The notes below the pieces were generated by a model. That model was not told the origin of the DNA and did not search any database. It saw nothing but the letters and a program-made list of their open reading frames with translations. Shown one piece after another: positions 1-12,208 of a DNA stretch of 64,000 bases (its first letter is position 1; every line of letters begins with the position of its first letter). The DNA is from Blastocatellia bacterium. Lineage in GTDB: Bacteria > Acidobacteriota > Blastocatellia > RBC074. A program made the translations under genes and the position numbers. The DNA lies in contig DATEMY010000358.1 of assembly GCA_035275345.1 (NCBI GenBank), positions 8,314 through 72,313 on the forward strand, given 5' to 3'.

Positions 1-549
1 CGGCGCGGGTAAGACTTCGGTGTTGGAACAAACCATCAATCGGATCAAGGGCGCCCACAGGCTTGGCGTGATCGAAGGCGATCTGATGACCACAATTGAC
101 GCCGATCGGATCAGCGCGCTGGGTGTGCCTTCGTACCAGATCACGACCGGTACGGTCTGCCATTTGGATGCGAAGATGGTTCACAGCGCCCTGCATAACT
201 TCAAAATTGATGATCTCGACCTGCTCTTTATCGAAAATGTGGGCAATCTGGTCTGCCCAGCTGAGTTTAACCTCGGTGAAGATTTGCGCGTGATGGTTTA
301 CAGCACAGTGGAAGGAGCGGAAAAGCCGAAGAAATACCCGATCATGTTTCACGAATCCGAAGCTGTGTTACTCAACAAGGTTGACCTGCTCCCCTATTCC
401 GGCGTCAGCCTGGACGAGTTGCGCCGCAACGTGCTCGAAGTCAACCCTGAAACGATGATCTTCCCCATCTCTTGCCGCACCGGAGAAGGCGTTGACGAAT
501 GGACCGCATGGCTCAAACAGAAAATAGAGTTCGGAAATGGCGCCCGAAG

Positions 550-562
<13 letters not shown>
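1..562 (+). CDS. hypB: Hydrogenase maturation nickel-incorporation GTPase HypB; 5' end lies outside the window
   Basis: Reading frame is open from base 2 and encodes the P-loop GAGKTSVLEQ, then ENVGNLVCPAEF and ESEAVLLNKVDL motifs typical of HypB/UreG G3E GTPases. Stop at 560-562 overlaps the hypF start. Confidence 0.85.
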
Positions 563-2901
<2,339 letters not shown>

Positions 2902-3086
2902 AGCTCCGCGATTATAGATGGAGCTTGTCTCTCGGCTTACGCGGCTTTCCGCCGCCGCGGAGACTTAGCGCGCGATGACCAGCGCGCCTGATCGAATGTT
3001 TTTCGCTCCTACGATGTCCGCGTGATCGAAATATCCGCATTCATCGCACAGGAACACATCTCTTCTTAAGGGAGAAGGTGAAGGAA

Positions 3087-3353
3087 ATGTGTCTGGCCGT
3101 TCCCGGAAAGATCGTCAGCATTGAGGGCGACGACCCGATATTGCGCGACGGAAAAGTGAATTTCGGCGGAGTAGTCAAGCGGGTCAATTTAAGCTACGTG
3201 CCAGAAGCGAAGATCGGCGATTACGTCGTCGTGCATGTCGGCTTCGCGCTCAGCATAGTTGACGAAGAAGAGGCCAAGCAGGTCTTCGAATACCTGAAAA
3301 CGATTGGCGAGTTGAGCGAGATCGAAGGCGAATCGAATTTGGAGCCTGTATGA
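3087..3353 (+). CDS. hypC: Hydrogenase assembly chaperone HypC
   Basis: Canonical N-terminus [10 protein letters not shown] with Cys2, about 88 aa, RBS-like GGAGAAGGTGAAGG upstream. ATGA overlap with hypD. Confidence 0.85.
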   Translation: MCLAVPGKIVSIEGDDPILRDGKVNFGGVVKRVNLSYVPEAKIGDYVVVHVGFALSIVDEEEAKQVFEYLKTIGELSEIEGESNLEPV

Positions 3354-4483
3354 AATACATTGACGAATACCGCGACGCAAAAATGGCTGAAGAGTACGCG
3401 CATGCCATCGCCGCAGTCGCGACAAAGCCCTGGACGTTGATGGAGGTCTGTGGCGGCCAGACTCATACCATTGTCAAATTCGGCATTGACGAGCTGCTGC
3501 CTGACAAGATCACTTTGGTTCACGGCCCCGGCTGCCCGGTCTGCGTCACGCCGATCGAGCTGATTGACAAGGCCATCGAGATCGCGTCGCGACCCGATGT
3601 CATCTTCTGCTCGTTCGGCGATATGCTCCGCGTGCCGGGAACGCAGAAGGATTTATTTGTCGTGAAGGCCGGAGGCGGAGATGTGCGCATTGTTTATTCG
3701 CCGCTCGATTGCCTGAAGATTGCGCGCGAAAACTCAGGGAAACAGGTCGTCTTCTTCGCGGTCGGGTTTGAAACGACTGCGCCCGCCAACGCCATGGCCG
3801 TTTACCAGGCGCATCAGCATGGCCTCACGAATTTCTCCGTCCTGGTTTCCCACGTGCTCGTGCCTCCGGCGATGGAAGCGATCCTTTCGTCGCCGTCGAA
3901 CCGGGTGCGGGGATTCCTGGCGGCGGGCCACGTTTGCACAGTGATGGGTTACGCCGAATACGAGCCGATAGCGGCGAAGTACCGTGTCCCGATTGTCGTC
4001 ACCGGCTTTGAACCCCTGGACATATTGATGGGCGTGTTGATGTGTGTGAAGCAACTCGAAGAAGGCCGCGCAGAAGTGGAAAACCAGTACGCGCGATCAG
4101 TCCGACGCGAAGGCAATCGCTACGCTCAACAAATAATCAGTGAAGTCTTTCGCATCACGCCGCGCAACTGGCGCGGTATCGGCGCCATTCAGCAGAGCGG
4201 CCTGGGCTTGAGCGAGAAGTTCGCGAACTATGACGCCGAAACGCGATTCGGCGTCGCGGATTACGCCGCCGAGGAGCCGGCGGAATGCATCAGCGGATTG
4301 ATTCTGCAAGGCGTGAAGAAACCGAATGAATGTTCGGCGTTTGGCAAGCGATGCACGCCAGAATATCCGCTTGGCGCGCCGATGGTGTCGAACGAAGGCG
4401 CGTGCGCGGCTTATCACCGCTACCGCAAGATCCAGGCCGCTGTGAACATTGAGCGGAACGCGGCGCAGGCGAGGGAGGCTTGA
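3350..4483 (+). CDS. hypD: Hydrogenase maturation factor HypD
   Basis: HypD motifs CGG-x-TH, GPGCPVC, FxPxxVS; 377 aa. Confidence 0.9.
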   Translation: MKYIDEYRDAKMAEEYAHAIAAVATKPWTLMEVCGGQTHTIVKFGIDELLPDKITLVHGPGCPVCVTPIELIDKAIEIASRPDVIFCSFGDMLRVPGTQKDLFVVKAGGGDVRIVYSPLDCLKIARENSGKQVVFFAVGFETTAPANAMAVYQAHQHGLTNFSVLVSHVLVPPAMEAILSSPSNRVRGFLAAGHVCTVMGYAEYEPIAAKYRVPIVVTGFEPLDILMGVLMCVKQLEEGRAEVENQYARSVRREGNRYAQQIISEVFRITPRNWRGIGAIQQSGLGLSEKFANYDAETRFGVADYAAEEPAECISGLILQGVKKPNECSAFGKRCTPEYPLGAPMVSNEGACAAYHRYRKIQAAVNIERNAAQAREA

Positions 4484-4486
4484 CCC

Positions 4487-5542
4487 ATGAGCGTCCTGAA
4501 AGATTTCAACCAAATCTGCCCGATTCCGATTGGGCAATACCCTCAGGTGACGCTTGCCCACGGGGGAGGCGGCAGACTGATGCATCAGCTCGTCGAGCGG
4601 ATGTTCATGCCAGCGTTTTCGAACCCGTTGCTCAGCGCGCGGCACGACGGGGCGACGTTCAGCGTCAATGGGTCGAGGCTCGCCTTCACGACCGATTCTT
4701 ACGTGGTCAGCCCGCTCTTCTTTCCTGGCGGGAACATCGGCGCCCTGGCGGTCAACGGCACAGTCAACGACCTGGCGATGTGCGGCGCGCGGCCGCTCTA
4801 CCTGAGCGCTGGGTTCATCCTCGAAGAGGGATTGCCGATGGAGACGCTCTGGAGCGTCGTTCAGTCGATGCGTTGCGCAGCCGACGAGGCGCGCGTCCAG
4901 CTGGTCACCGGTGACACTAAGGTCGTGGACAAGGGCAAAGGCGACGGCATCTTCATCAACACCGCCGGAGTCGGCGTGGTCGAACACGATCTTTCCATTT
5001 CGCCTGCGAGCGTGCGGCCCGGCGACGCGGTTTTGCTGAGCGGCGACCTGGGCCGTCACGGCATAGCGATTATGGCAGAGCGCGAAGGGCTGGCGTTTGA
5101 GAGCGCGATTGAGAGCGATTGCGCGCCGCTCGGCGACCTGGTGATGAGGCTGATCGACGCGAAGATTGAGATTCTTTGCCTGCGCGATCTGACTCGCGGA
5201 GGGTTGGCGAGCGCGTTGGTGGAGATCGCCGAAGCGGCGAAGGTCCAGATCAGGATCGATGAAAACTCAATTCCGGTTCGCGAAGACGTGCGAGGCGCGT
5301 GTGAGATCCTGGGCTTCGACCCGCTCTACCTGGCGAACGAAGGAAGGTTCGTGGCGTTTATCGCCGCGCCAGACGCTGACCGCGCCCTGGACATTTTGAG
5401 ATCACATCCGTTGGGCGATGGCTCTTGCCTGATCGGAAAGGTTACGAATGACTCTCCGCCTGCAGTGGTAATGAAAAGCAGGATCGGCGCCACGCGCATT
5501 ATTGATATGTTCAGCGGCGAGCAACTGCCGCGCATCTGCTGA
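4487..5542 (+). CDS. hypE: Hydrogenase maturation factor HypE
   Basis: PurM-like fold, 351 aa, C-terminal PRIC motif ending the protein (thiocyanate-carrying Cys). Confidence 0.9.
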   Translation: MSVLKDFNQICPIPIGQYPQVTLAHGGGGRLMHQLVERMFMPAFSNPLLSARHDGATFSVNGSRLAFTTDSYVVSPLFFPGGNIGALAVNGTVNDLAMCGARPLYLSAGFILEEGLPMETLWSVVQSMRCAADEARVQLVTGDTKVVDKGKGDGIFINTAGVGVVEHDLSISPASVRPGDAVLLSGDLGRHGIAIMAEREGLAFESAIESDCAPLGDLVMRLIDAKIEILCLRDLTRGGLASALVEIAEAAKVQIRIDENSIPVREDVRGACEILGFDPLYLANEGRFVAFIAAPDADRALDILRSHPLGDGSCLIGKVTNDSPPAVVMKSRIGATRIIDMFSGEQLPRIC

Positions 5543-5563
5543 ATTGGTTAGCAAATCAGTCAT

Positions 5564-5634
5564 TCCGGAGCGGCGGCTCCGGATCACCCCTCGTCGCCCT
5601 GCGCGCAGGAACGCGGCGCGCGAAGAGGGCGACG
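5564..5634 (+). terminator. Two consecutive GC-rich hairpins downstream of hypE (5564-5583 stem tccggagc/gctccgga; 5592-5634 stem cgtcgccct/agggcgacg); possible intrinsic terminators without a clear U-tract
   Basis: Inverted repeats read directly from the sequence, 20-90 nt after the hypE stop. Confidence 0.3.
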
Positions 5635-6110
5635 CCGAGTAGCGACAGCGCATTGGCGGCCACGACCTCAATGTCCGGGTCGGTTCCAGCGCGTTAACCT
5701 GCAAGCGCCGGCTAGCGCCCGATACCGACAAAGTAGCTCAGCTTTGTTTCACCAGTAATTTTCGGCGACTCAGTACAGAATGGTACGGAAAAGTCATCTT
5801 CATATCTGATATCGTCTTAATTCTCCCTTCACTCTCCAGGCCATGGACTGCTTGAATCAAGCAACGTGACAGGCGCTGGCGCATGGCTCGCCTCGTCATT
5901 TTGTGCGCGGACCATGGAGTGAGCTCATGCAAATTCCGTAAGCCGCGGCGTCAAGCGAGGTCTCAAGACCAATCAATCCCGTAACTCCCGACATTTCATC
6001 GTAGATAGCTCACCGATAGCGAGATCCTGGCGGTTCATTTATGACTTCCTTATGGCTTAACTGACAAGGTTCGCGGCGAGACTTTAAGGCGGGATATGGC
6101 GTAATGGGAC

Positions 6111-6149
6111 GGGCGAGCGTCCGAAGATCCGGGCGAGCGTCCGAAGATC
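6111..6149 (+). promoter_or_regulatory. Two perfect tandem copies of the 19-bp motif GGGCGAGCGTCCGAAGATC (period 20 bp) about 43 bp upstream of the actA start; candidate transcription-factor binding site or promoter element of the ACIII-oxidase operon
   Basis: Direct repeat seen at 6111-6129 and 6131-6149. A 20-bp period places both copies on the same DNA face. Confidence 0.4.
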
Positions 6150-6191
6150 AATGACTCTGTCCACGCGGACGGGAGCAATCTGAGAGCGGTA

Positions 6192-6854
6192 GTGCCCCAA
6201 ATTTTTCATCGCAGCGCGAATACGATTTCCAAAGCGAGCATTTACGGCGCGATCTTCATTCTCGCCGGCGTCGCCTGGGCGCTCGCCGAAATCCAACGCT
6301 CGCCCTACAACACGCGGGCCTTCGTAGCGCGCCGGCAGCCCGTGCAGTTCTCTCACAAGCACCACGCCGGCGACGACGGCATTGATTGCCGGTATTGCCA
6401 CACGACGGTCGAGACTTCTTCGTTCGCCGGAATCCCGCCGACCGCGACCTGTATGAATTGCCACTCGCAGCTTTTCGCCAACAGCCAGGCGCTGGCGCTT
6501 GTGCGCGAAAGCTTCAGGACCGGCAGACCGATCGAATGGACTCGCGTCCACGACCTGCCCGAATTCGTTTATTTCAACCACAGCATCCACGTCAACAAAG
6601 GCGTCGGCTGTTCGACATGCCACGGGCGCGTAGATGAGATGCCGTTGATGTGGAATGTCGCGTCGCTGCACATGGAATGGTGTCTGGAATGTCACCGCAA
6701 CCCTGCCAAATACATCAGGCCGCGCGAGCAGGTTGTCAACATGGACTGGCCGCCGCCCGGTTACGACCAGATGACCGAGGGAAAAAGGCTGATGAAGCGA
6801 TACAACATCGATTCCGTCGAGGCGATCACCAACTGCTCGACCTGTCACCGTTGA
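6192..6854 (+). CDS. actA: Alternative complex III subunit ActA, pentaheme cytochrome c
   Basis: Five CxxCH motifs (CRYCH, CMNCH, CSTCH, CLECH, CSTCH), N-terminal membrane anchor, first gene of an actABCDEF block. Confidence 0.8.
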   Translation: MPQIFHRSANTISKASIYGAIFILAGVAWALAEIQRSPYNTRAFVARRQPVQFSHKHHAGDDGIDCRYCHTTVETSSFAGIPPTATCMNCHSQLFANSQALALVRESFRTGRPIEWTRVHDLPEFVYFNHSIHVNKGVGCSTCHGRVDEMPLMWNVASLHMEWCLECHRNPAKYIRPREQVVNMDWPPPGYDQMTEGKRLMKRYNIDSVEAITNCSTCHR

Positions 6855-6858
6855 GGGA

Positions 6859-9800
6859 TTGCCGATGACCGCGAAAGCCAGGGAAATGGATATTGCGGCG
6901 CTCCGCGCGCGGCTCGCGGAGTCGCATGGCAAGGAGTATTGGCGCAGCCTGGAAGAACTGGCCGAGTCCGAAGCCTTCCAGGAATCGCTGCGGCGTGAAT
7001 TTCCGAACGGCGCCGAGGAATGGAACGGCGTAATTGACCGCCGCCATTTTCTGCGACTGATGGGCGCGTCGTTGGCGCTCGCGGGATTGACGGCCTGCAC
7101 GCGCCAGCCGGCCGAGACCATCGTGCCATATGTGTATCCGGCCGTAGATATCACGCCGGGCCGGCCACTCTATTTCGCGACGGCGATGCCGATGGGCGGC
7201 GCGGCCGAGGGATTGTTAGTCGAAAGCCACGAAGGGCGTCCGACCAAGATCGAGGGCAACCCGAACCACCCGGCCAGCCTTGGCGCGACTAGCCTGTTCG
7301 CTCAGGCCTCTGTGCTGACGCTCTACAACCCCGATCGCGCGCGCACCATCACCAACCTCGGAGAGATCCTCTCCTGGGACGCGTTCACCACTGATCTCCA
7401 GCGATCGCTCGCTGAAAAGCGCGCCGGCCAGGGCGCCGGATTGCGCATCCTGACCGGGAGCGTCTCTTCGCCAACACTCATCAATCAGATCAAAACGCTG
7501 GGCGCCGGATTACCGGCGGCGAAGTGGCATCAATACGAACCAGTCAATCAAGACAACGCGCAGGCCGGCGCCCGGATGGCGTTCGGCGAATCGGTCAATA
7601 CGATCTACCGCTTCGAGAATGCCGACGTGATTCTCTCGCTCGACGCCGATTTCCTTGCCTGCGGGCAGGCGAGCCTTCGTTACGCGCGCGAATTCGCTGG
7701 CCGTCGCCGCCTTCTCGACGGCGATCGAGAGATGAACCGGCTCTACGTTGTCGAGGGTTCGATGACTAACACGGGCGCGGTCGCCGACCACCGCTTTCCG
7801 CTGCGGCCGAGCGAAATCGAAAGCTTCGCGCGAGAGGTCGCCGCCAACCTTGGCATCCAGGCCGGAGGGCAGGCCGGAGGACGAGCCGGAGGGCGGCCGG
7901 GCGACGCGCAGACGAAATGGCGGAATTGGGCCGAGCCGATCGCGCTTGACCTTCAAAAGCGCCACGGCAGGAGCCTGGTCATCGCGGGCGATTCGCAGCC
8001 GCCCGCCGTTCACGCGCTCGCGCACGTCATGAATCAATCGCTCGGTAATGCCGGCGTCACGGTCGTCTACGTCGCGCCGGTCGAAGCCAATCAGGTTAAT
8101 CAGACACAATCGCTCGGCGAACTGGCGCGCGATATGGACGCCGGTCAAGTCGATCTGCTGGTTATCGTCGGCTGCAACCCGGTCTACGACGCGCCTGTCG
8201 ACCTGAAATTCGCCGAGCGCATGTCGAAGGTCGGGACGCGTATCCACCTCAGCCTGTTCCACGACGAGACCTCGGAACTTTGTCACTGGCACGTCCCAGA
8301 ATCGCACTACCTGGAGACGTGGAGCGACGCGAGCGCTTACGACGGCACGGTGACGATCATCCAGCCGCTGATCGCGCCGCTCTACGAAAGCAAATCGGCG
8401 CACGAACTGCTGGCGGCCCTGTCAGGGCGGCCTCAACAATCGGGCTACGAGATCGTGCGCGACTTTTGGATGGAACAGCGCGGAGCAAAGGCGCAGCCTG
8501 CGCAGACGCCGCCGCCGATACCGGACCGGGCGCAAAATGAACAGGAGGCGGCTCAGGTCATAACGCAACTCCAGGCGAGACCTCAACCGACGGCCTTCGA
8601 CCAATGGTGGCAGGATGTGTTGAGAACAGGCGTAGCGCCGGACACGGCGTTCCATCCGAAACCGGTTTCAGCGAAAACCGGCTGGCTGAATCAGAGCGCC
8701 GCGCCGACGGCATCCAATCCATCCAGCCAGTCTAATCCGTCTGGCGGTCAGGACTCGCTCGAAATCATTTTCCGCGCAGATCCGTCGATTTACGACGGGC
8801 GCTTCGCGCATAACGGCTGGCTGCAGGAACTGCCCAAGCCTCTCACCAAAATCGCCTGGGGCAACGCGGTCGAGATCAGCCCCACGACGGCGGAACGATA
8901 CGGCCTGAGTTATGAGCTTGCGTGGCGCGGCGGCGAGCACGGCCAGGCGCTGGTCGACATCGTCGAGCTACAATACCTGGGGCGCAAACTGCTCGCGCCA
9001 GTCTGGATCACGCCCGGCCATGCCGACGGCTGCGCGACGGTCCATCTGGGCTACGGGCGTGCGCGAGGCGGCGGCGTAGGCTCCGGCGTCGGTTTCAACG
9101 CCTACGCGATCCGCACCTCCGACGCGCAGTGGTTCGGACAGGGTTTGACGATCCGCAAGACGGGCCAGCGCCAGCCCGTGGCCACGACACAGCTTCACTA
9201 CACAATGCAAGGGCGCGCTCTGGCGCGCTCCGCCACGCTCGACGAGTTCCGTCATCGTCCTAACTTCGCGCGCGAGGAAGACCCGCCGCCGGACAAATCG
9301 CTCTATCCAGAATGGCCGTACAACAGCTACTCGTGGGGCATGACGATCGATCTGAACGCCTGCGTCGGCTGCAACGCCTGCGTCGTCGCCTGCCAGGCCG
9401 AAAACAACATCCCGGTCGTCGGCGAGCAAGAGGTGATGCACGGGCGAGAGATGCATTGGCTGCGCATTGACCGCTATTACTCGGGCGCGCTCGACCGTCC
9501 CGAAACATACTTTCAACCTGTCCCCTGCATGCAATGCGAGAAGGCGCCGTGCGAACTGGTCTGCCCTGTAGGCGCGACATTGCACAGCTCCGAGGGCTTG
9601 AACGATCAGGTCTACAACCGCTGCGTCGGCACGCGCTACTGCTCGAACAACTGCCCGTACAAGGTCCGCCGCTTCAACTTTTTCCTCTACCCGGATTGGA
9701 ACACGCCGCAACTGAAGATGCAGCGCAACCCCGACGTGAGCGTGCGCTCGCGCGGCGTGATGGAGAAATGCACTTACTGCGTGCAGCGCATCCAGGAAGC

Positions 9801-10065
9801 GAAGATCACCGCCGAAAAGGAAGAGCGCAAGGTGCGAGACGGCGAGATCAAGACGGCCTGCCAGCAAGCCTGTCCAGCAGAGGCGATCGTCTTCGGAGAC
9901 ATCAACGACAAGTCTAGCCGCGTGGCGAGGCTCAAACAAGAGCCGCGCAATTACGCCATGCTCGCCGAACTCAATACGCGCCCGCGCACAACCTATCTGG
10001 CGGCTGTGCGCAACCCAAATCCGGAGATCGAATCAGAGGAGGCCGGACCCGATGGCCGTGGATGA
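6859..10065 (+). CDS. actB: Alternative complex III subunit ActB: molybdopterin-oxidoreductase-like domain fused to a 4Fe-4S ferredoxin-like domain, Tat signal
   Basis: Twin-arginine signal RRHFLRLMGASLALAGLTAC; C-terminal Cys clusters CVGCNACVVAC, CMQCEKAPC, CVGTRYC, CTYCVQR; 1068 aa. Confidence 0.85.
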   Translation: MPMTAKAREMDIAALRARLAESHGKEYWRSLEELAESEAFQESLRREFPNGAEEWNGVIDRRHFLRLMGASLALAGLTACTRQPAETIVPYVYPAVDITPGRPLYFATAMPMGGAAEGLLVESHEGRPTKIEGNPNHPASLGATSLFAQASVLTLYNPDRARTITNLGEILSWDAFTTDLQRSLAEKRAGQGAGLRILTGSVSSPTLINQIKTLGAGLPAAKWHQYEPVNQDNAQAGARMAFGESVNTIYRFENADVILSLDADFLACGQASLRYAREFAGRRRLLDGDREMNRLYVVEGSMTNTGAVADHRFPLRPSEIESFAREVAANLGIQAGGQAGGRAGGRPGDAQTKWRNWAEPIALDLQKRHGRSLVIAGDSQPPAVHALAHVMNQSLGNAGVTVVYVAPVEANQVNQTQSLGELARDMDAGQVDLLVIVGCNPVYDAPVDLKFAERMSKVGTRIHLSLFHDETSELCHWHVPESHYLETWSDASAYDGTVTIIQPLIAPLYESKSAHELLAALSGRPQQSGYEIVRDFWMEQRGAKAQPAQTPPPIPDRAQNEQEAAQVITQLQARPQPTAFDQWWQDVLRTGVAPDTAFHPKPVSAKTGWLNQSAAPTASNPSSQSNPSGGQDSLEIIFRADPSIYDGRFAHNGWLQELPKPLTKIAWGNAVEISPTTAERYGLSYELAWRGGEHGQALVDIVELQYLGRKLLAPVWITPGHADGCATVHLGYGRARGGGVGSGVGFNAYAIRTSDAQWFGQGLTIRKTGQRQPVATTQLHYTMQGRALARSATLDEFRHRPNFAREEDPPPDKSLYPEWPYNSYSWGMTIDLNACVGCNACVVACQAENNIPVVGEQEVMHGREMHWLRIDRYYSGALDRPETYFQPVPCMQCEKAPCELVCPVGATLHSSEGLNDQVYNRCVGTRYCSNNCPYKVRRFNFFLYPDWNTPQLKMQRNPDVSVRSRGVMEKCTYCVQRIQEAKITAEKEERKVRDGEIKTACQQACPAEAIVFGDINDKSSRVARLKQEPRNYAMLAELNTRPRTTYLAAVRNPNPEIESEEAGPDGRG

Positions 10066-11458
10066 GCTGCCGCCCAAAGTCGTCAACCGCGAGCCGGACA
10101 TTCCGCCGGTGATCGGCCCCGGCCACAGCTTCGCGTCGATCACCGACAAAATCAGCTCGATCGTCTTATCGCGCCGCACGCCGCCCGGATGGGTCGCGGG
10201 CTTCGCTCTCGCCTTCCTGCTGGTGATGATGCTCGGCTTCGCCGTAGGTTATCTGCTGATCAGAGGCGTGGGCATCTGGGGCATCGACATCCCCGTGGCG
10301 TGGGGATTCGCCATCGTCAACTTCGTCTGGTGGATCGGGATCGGGCACGCTGGCACGCTGATCTCGGCGATCCTGCTCCTGCTTAACCAGAAATGGCGCA
10401 CCTCGATCAACCGTTTCGCCGAGGCGATGACGCTTTTCGCCGTGGCCTGCGCGGGAATGTTCCCGCTGCTGCACTTGGGACGCCCGTGGCTGTTCTATTG
10501 GCTGTTTCCCTATCCGAACATAATGAACGTGCAGCCGCAATTCCGGAGCCCGCTGGTCTGGGACGTCTTCGCGGTCTCGACCTATTTCACCGTCTCACTG
10601 GTCTTCTGGTTCGTAGGGCTGGTCCCCGACCTGGCGACGCTGCGCGATCGTGCGCGATCTCACGCGGGGCGGATCGTATACGGGATGCTGGCAATGGGGT
10701 GGCGCGGTTCGGCGCGGCATTGGAAGCGTTACGAGGTCGCTTACCTGCTGCTGGCCGGACTGGCCACGCCGCTGGTGGTTTCTGTTCACACGGTGGTCAG
10801 CTTCGACTTCACGATCGCGATACTGCCCGGATGGCATTCGACCATCTTTCCGCCCTACTTCGTCGCGGGCGCGATCTTTTCGGGCTTCGCGATGGTGCTG
10901 ACGATCGCCGTCCCGCTGCGCAGGTTCTACGGCCTGGAAGATTTCATCACGCTGCGCCACCTGGACAACTGCGGCAAGGTGATGCTGGCCACGGGGCTGA
11001 TCGTCGCCTACGGCTACATGTGCGAGATTTTTCTCTCCTGGTACAGCAAGGACAAGTTCGAGTGGTTTATGACGCGGAACCGGATATTCGGGCCGTACTG
11101 GATGGTCTTCTGGAGCGTGATGGCGCTCAACGTCGCCGTTCCGCAACTGCTCTGGTCTCGGCGCGTCCGGCGCAGCGCGGCGGCGCTGTTTCTGGTCTCG
11201 TTGGCGATCAACATCGGGATGTGGCTAGAGCGATACATGATCGTGATCACCAGTTTGAGCCGCGATTTTATGCCCTCGGCGTGGGGGCAGTACGCCGCGA
11301 CGGTGTGGGATTACGCGGTTTTCGCGGGAACCATCGGCTTCTTCGTCGCGATGATGTTTCTGTTCTTGCGGTTCCTGCCGGCGATCTCCATCGCGGAGAT
11401 GCGCACGTTGTTGCCGCAGGCCGAAGTCAAAGAAGAAGAAGAGGAGGTACCGGCGTGA
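10052..11458 (+). CDS. actC: Alternative complex III subunit ActC (NrfD/PsrC-like polytopic quinol-interacting membrane subunit)
   Basis: About 10 predicted TM helices with an NrfD-like pattern; follows actB with a 14-nt overlap. Confidence 0.8.
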   Translation: MAVDELPPKVVNREPDIPPVIGPGHSFASITDKISSIVLSRRTPPGWVAGFALAFLLVMMLGFAVGYLLIRGVGIWGIDIPVAWGFAIVNFVWWIGIGHAGTLISAILLLLNQKWRTSINRFAEAMTLFAVACAGMFPLLHLGRPWLFYWLFPYPNIMNVQPQFRSPLVWDVFAVSTYFTVSLVFWFVGLVPDLATLRDRARSHAGRIVYGMLAMGWRGSARHWKRYEVAYLLLAGLATPLVVSVHTVVSFDFTIAILPGWHSTIFPPYFVAGAIFSGFAMVLTIAVPLRRFYGLEDFITLRHLDNCGKVMLATGLIVAYGYMCEIFLSWYSKDKFEWFMTRNRIFGPYWMVFWSVMALNVAVPQLLWSRRVRRSAAALFLVSLAINIGMWLERYMIVITSLSRDFMPSAWGQYAATVWDYAVFAGTIGFFVAMMFLFLRFLPAISIAEMRTLLPQAEVKEEEEEVPA

Positions 11459-11997
11459 GGAGGCGCAAGCCGCGTTATTACGGCCTGATGGCCGAATTCG
11501 ACAGCCCGACGGCGGTCGTCGACGCGACCCGGCGCGCTTACGCGGAAGGCTACCGCCGAATGGACGCTTACACGCCGTTCCCGGTCGAAGGCCTGGCCGA
11601 GGAGATGCGCTTCCACCACACGCGGGTGCCGTTGATCGTGCTGCTGGGAGGCCTGGCCGGATGCCTGGGCGGGTATTTTTTGCAGTACTGGATCGCGGCG
11701 ATCTACTGGCCGCTGAACATCGCCGGCCGGCCGCTCAACAGTTGGCCTATGTTCATTCCGGTGACCTTTGAATTGACGGTGCTGGCGGCGGCGCTCTCGG
11801 CGTTGTTAGGAATGTTGGCGCTGAACGGATTGCCGCACCCCTATCACCCGGTCTTCAACGTCCCGCGCTTCGCGCTGGCGTCGCAGGATCGCTTCTTCCT
11901 GTGCATCGAGGCGAGCGATCCGCGATTCGACCGCGCGGCGACGCGGGATTTTCTGGAGAGTCTGTCGCCACGGGAGGTGAGCGATGTCGAGAGTTAA
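11455..11997 (+). CDS. actD: Alternative complex III subunit ActD
   Basis: GTG at 11455 preceded by GAGGAGG; GTGA overlap with the actC stop. Sequence YGLMAEFDSPTAVVDATRRAYAEGYRRMDAYTPFPVEGL is typical of ActD (DUF3341) with two TM helices. Confidence 0.6.
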   Translation: MRRRKPRYYGLMAEFDSPTAVVDATRRAYAEGYRRMDAYTPFPVEGLAEEMRFHHTRVPLIVLLGGLAGCLGGYFLQYWIAAIYWPLNIAGRPLNSWPMFIPVTFELTVLAAALSALLGMLALNGLPHPYHPVFNVPRFALASQDRFFLCIEASDPRFDRAATRDFLESLSPREVSDVES

Positions 11998-12030
11998 TCA
12001 AAGACACAGAGGCGCAGCGACACAGAGACG

Positions 12031-12200
12031 AAAAGGGGGAGACAAGGGGACAAGGGGACAAGGGGACAAGGAGACAAGGGGACAAAGTGGAAAGGACAGA
12101 AGGAAAATGAAGGAAGGGGAACGGGAGGACATATGTTTTTCTCCTCGTCCCCTTTTCTCCCTGTCCCATTGTCTCCCTGTCCCCTTGTCCCCTTGTCTCC
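12031..12200. repeat. Inverted array of imperfect octamer repeats: (GGGGACAA)x6 on the left arm and (TTGTCCCC)x6 on the right arm, separated by about 45 nt. Predicted long RNA/DNA hairpin inside the ACIII operon between actD and actE
   Basis: Read directly: left arm 12036-12098 is GGGGAGACAAGGGGACAAGGGGACAAGGGGACAAGGAGACAAGGGGACAAAGTGG. Right arm 12150-12200 is CCCTTTTCTCCCTGTCCCATTGTCTCCCTGTCCCCTTGTCCCCTTGTCTCC. Confidence 0.6.
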
Positions 12201-12208
12201 GCGTCTCC

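Noticed and set aside
6084-7154. 356-aa ORF on the minus strand overlapping actA/actB
   Set aside because: Antisense to two well-supported genes with clear heme-binding and Tat-signal features. This is a typical GC-rich antisense artefact, as are 7510-8403 and 8968-9939 on the minus strand.
10393-11997. 534-aa plus-strand ORF spanning most of actC in another frame
   Set aside because: Only its last about 180 codons (actD, from the GTG at 11455) resemble a real protein. The upstream part is an Arg/Gly/Ala-rich alternate-frame read-through of actC.
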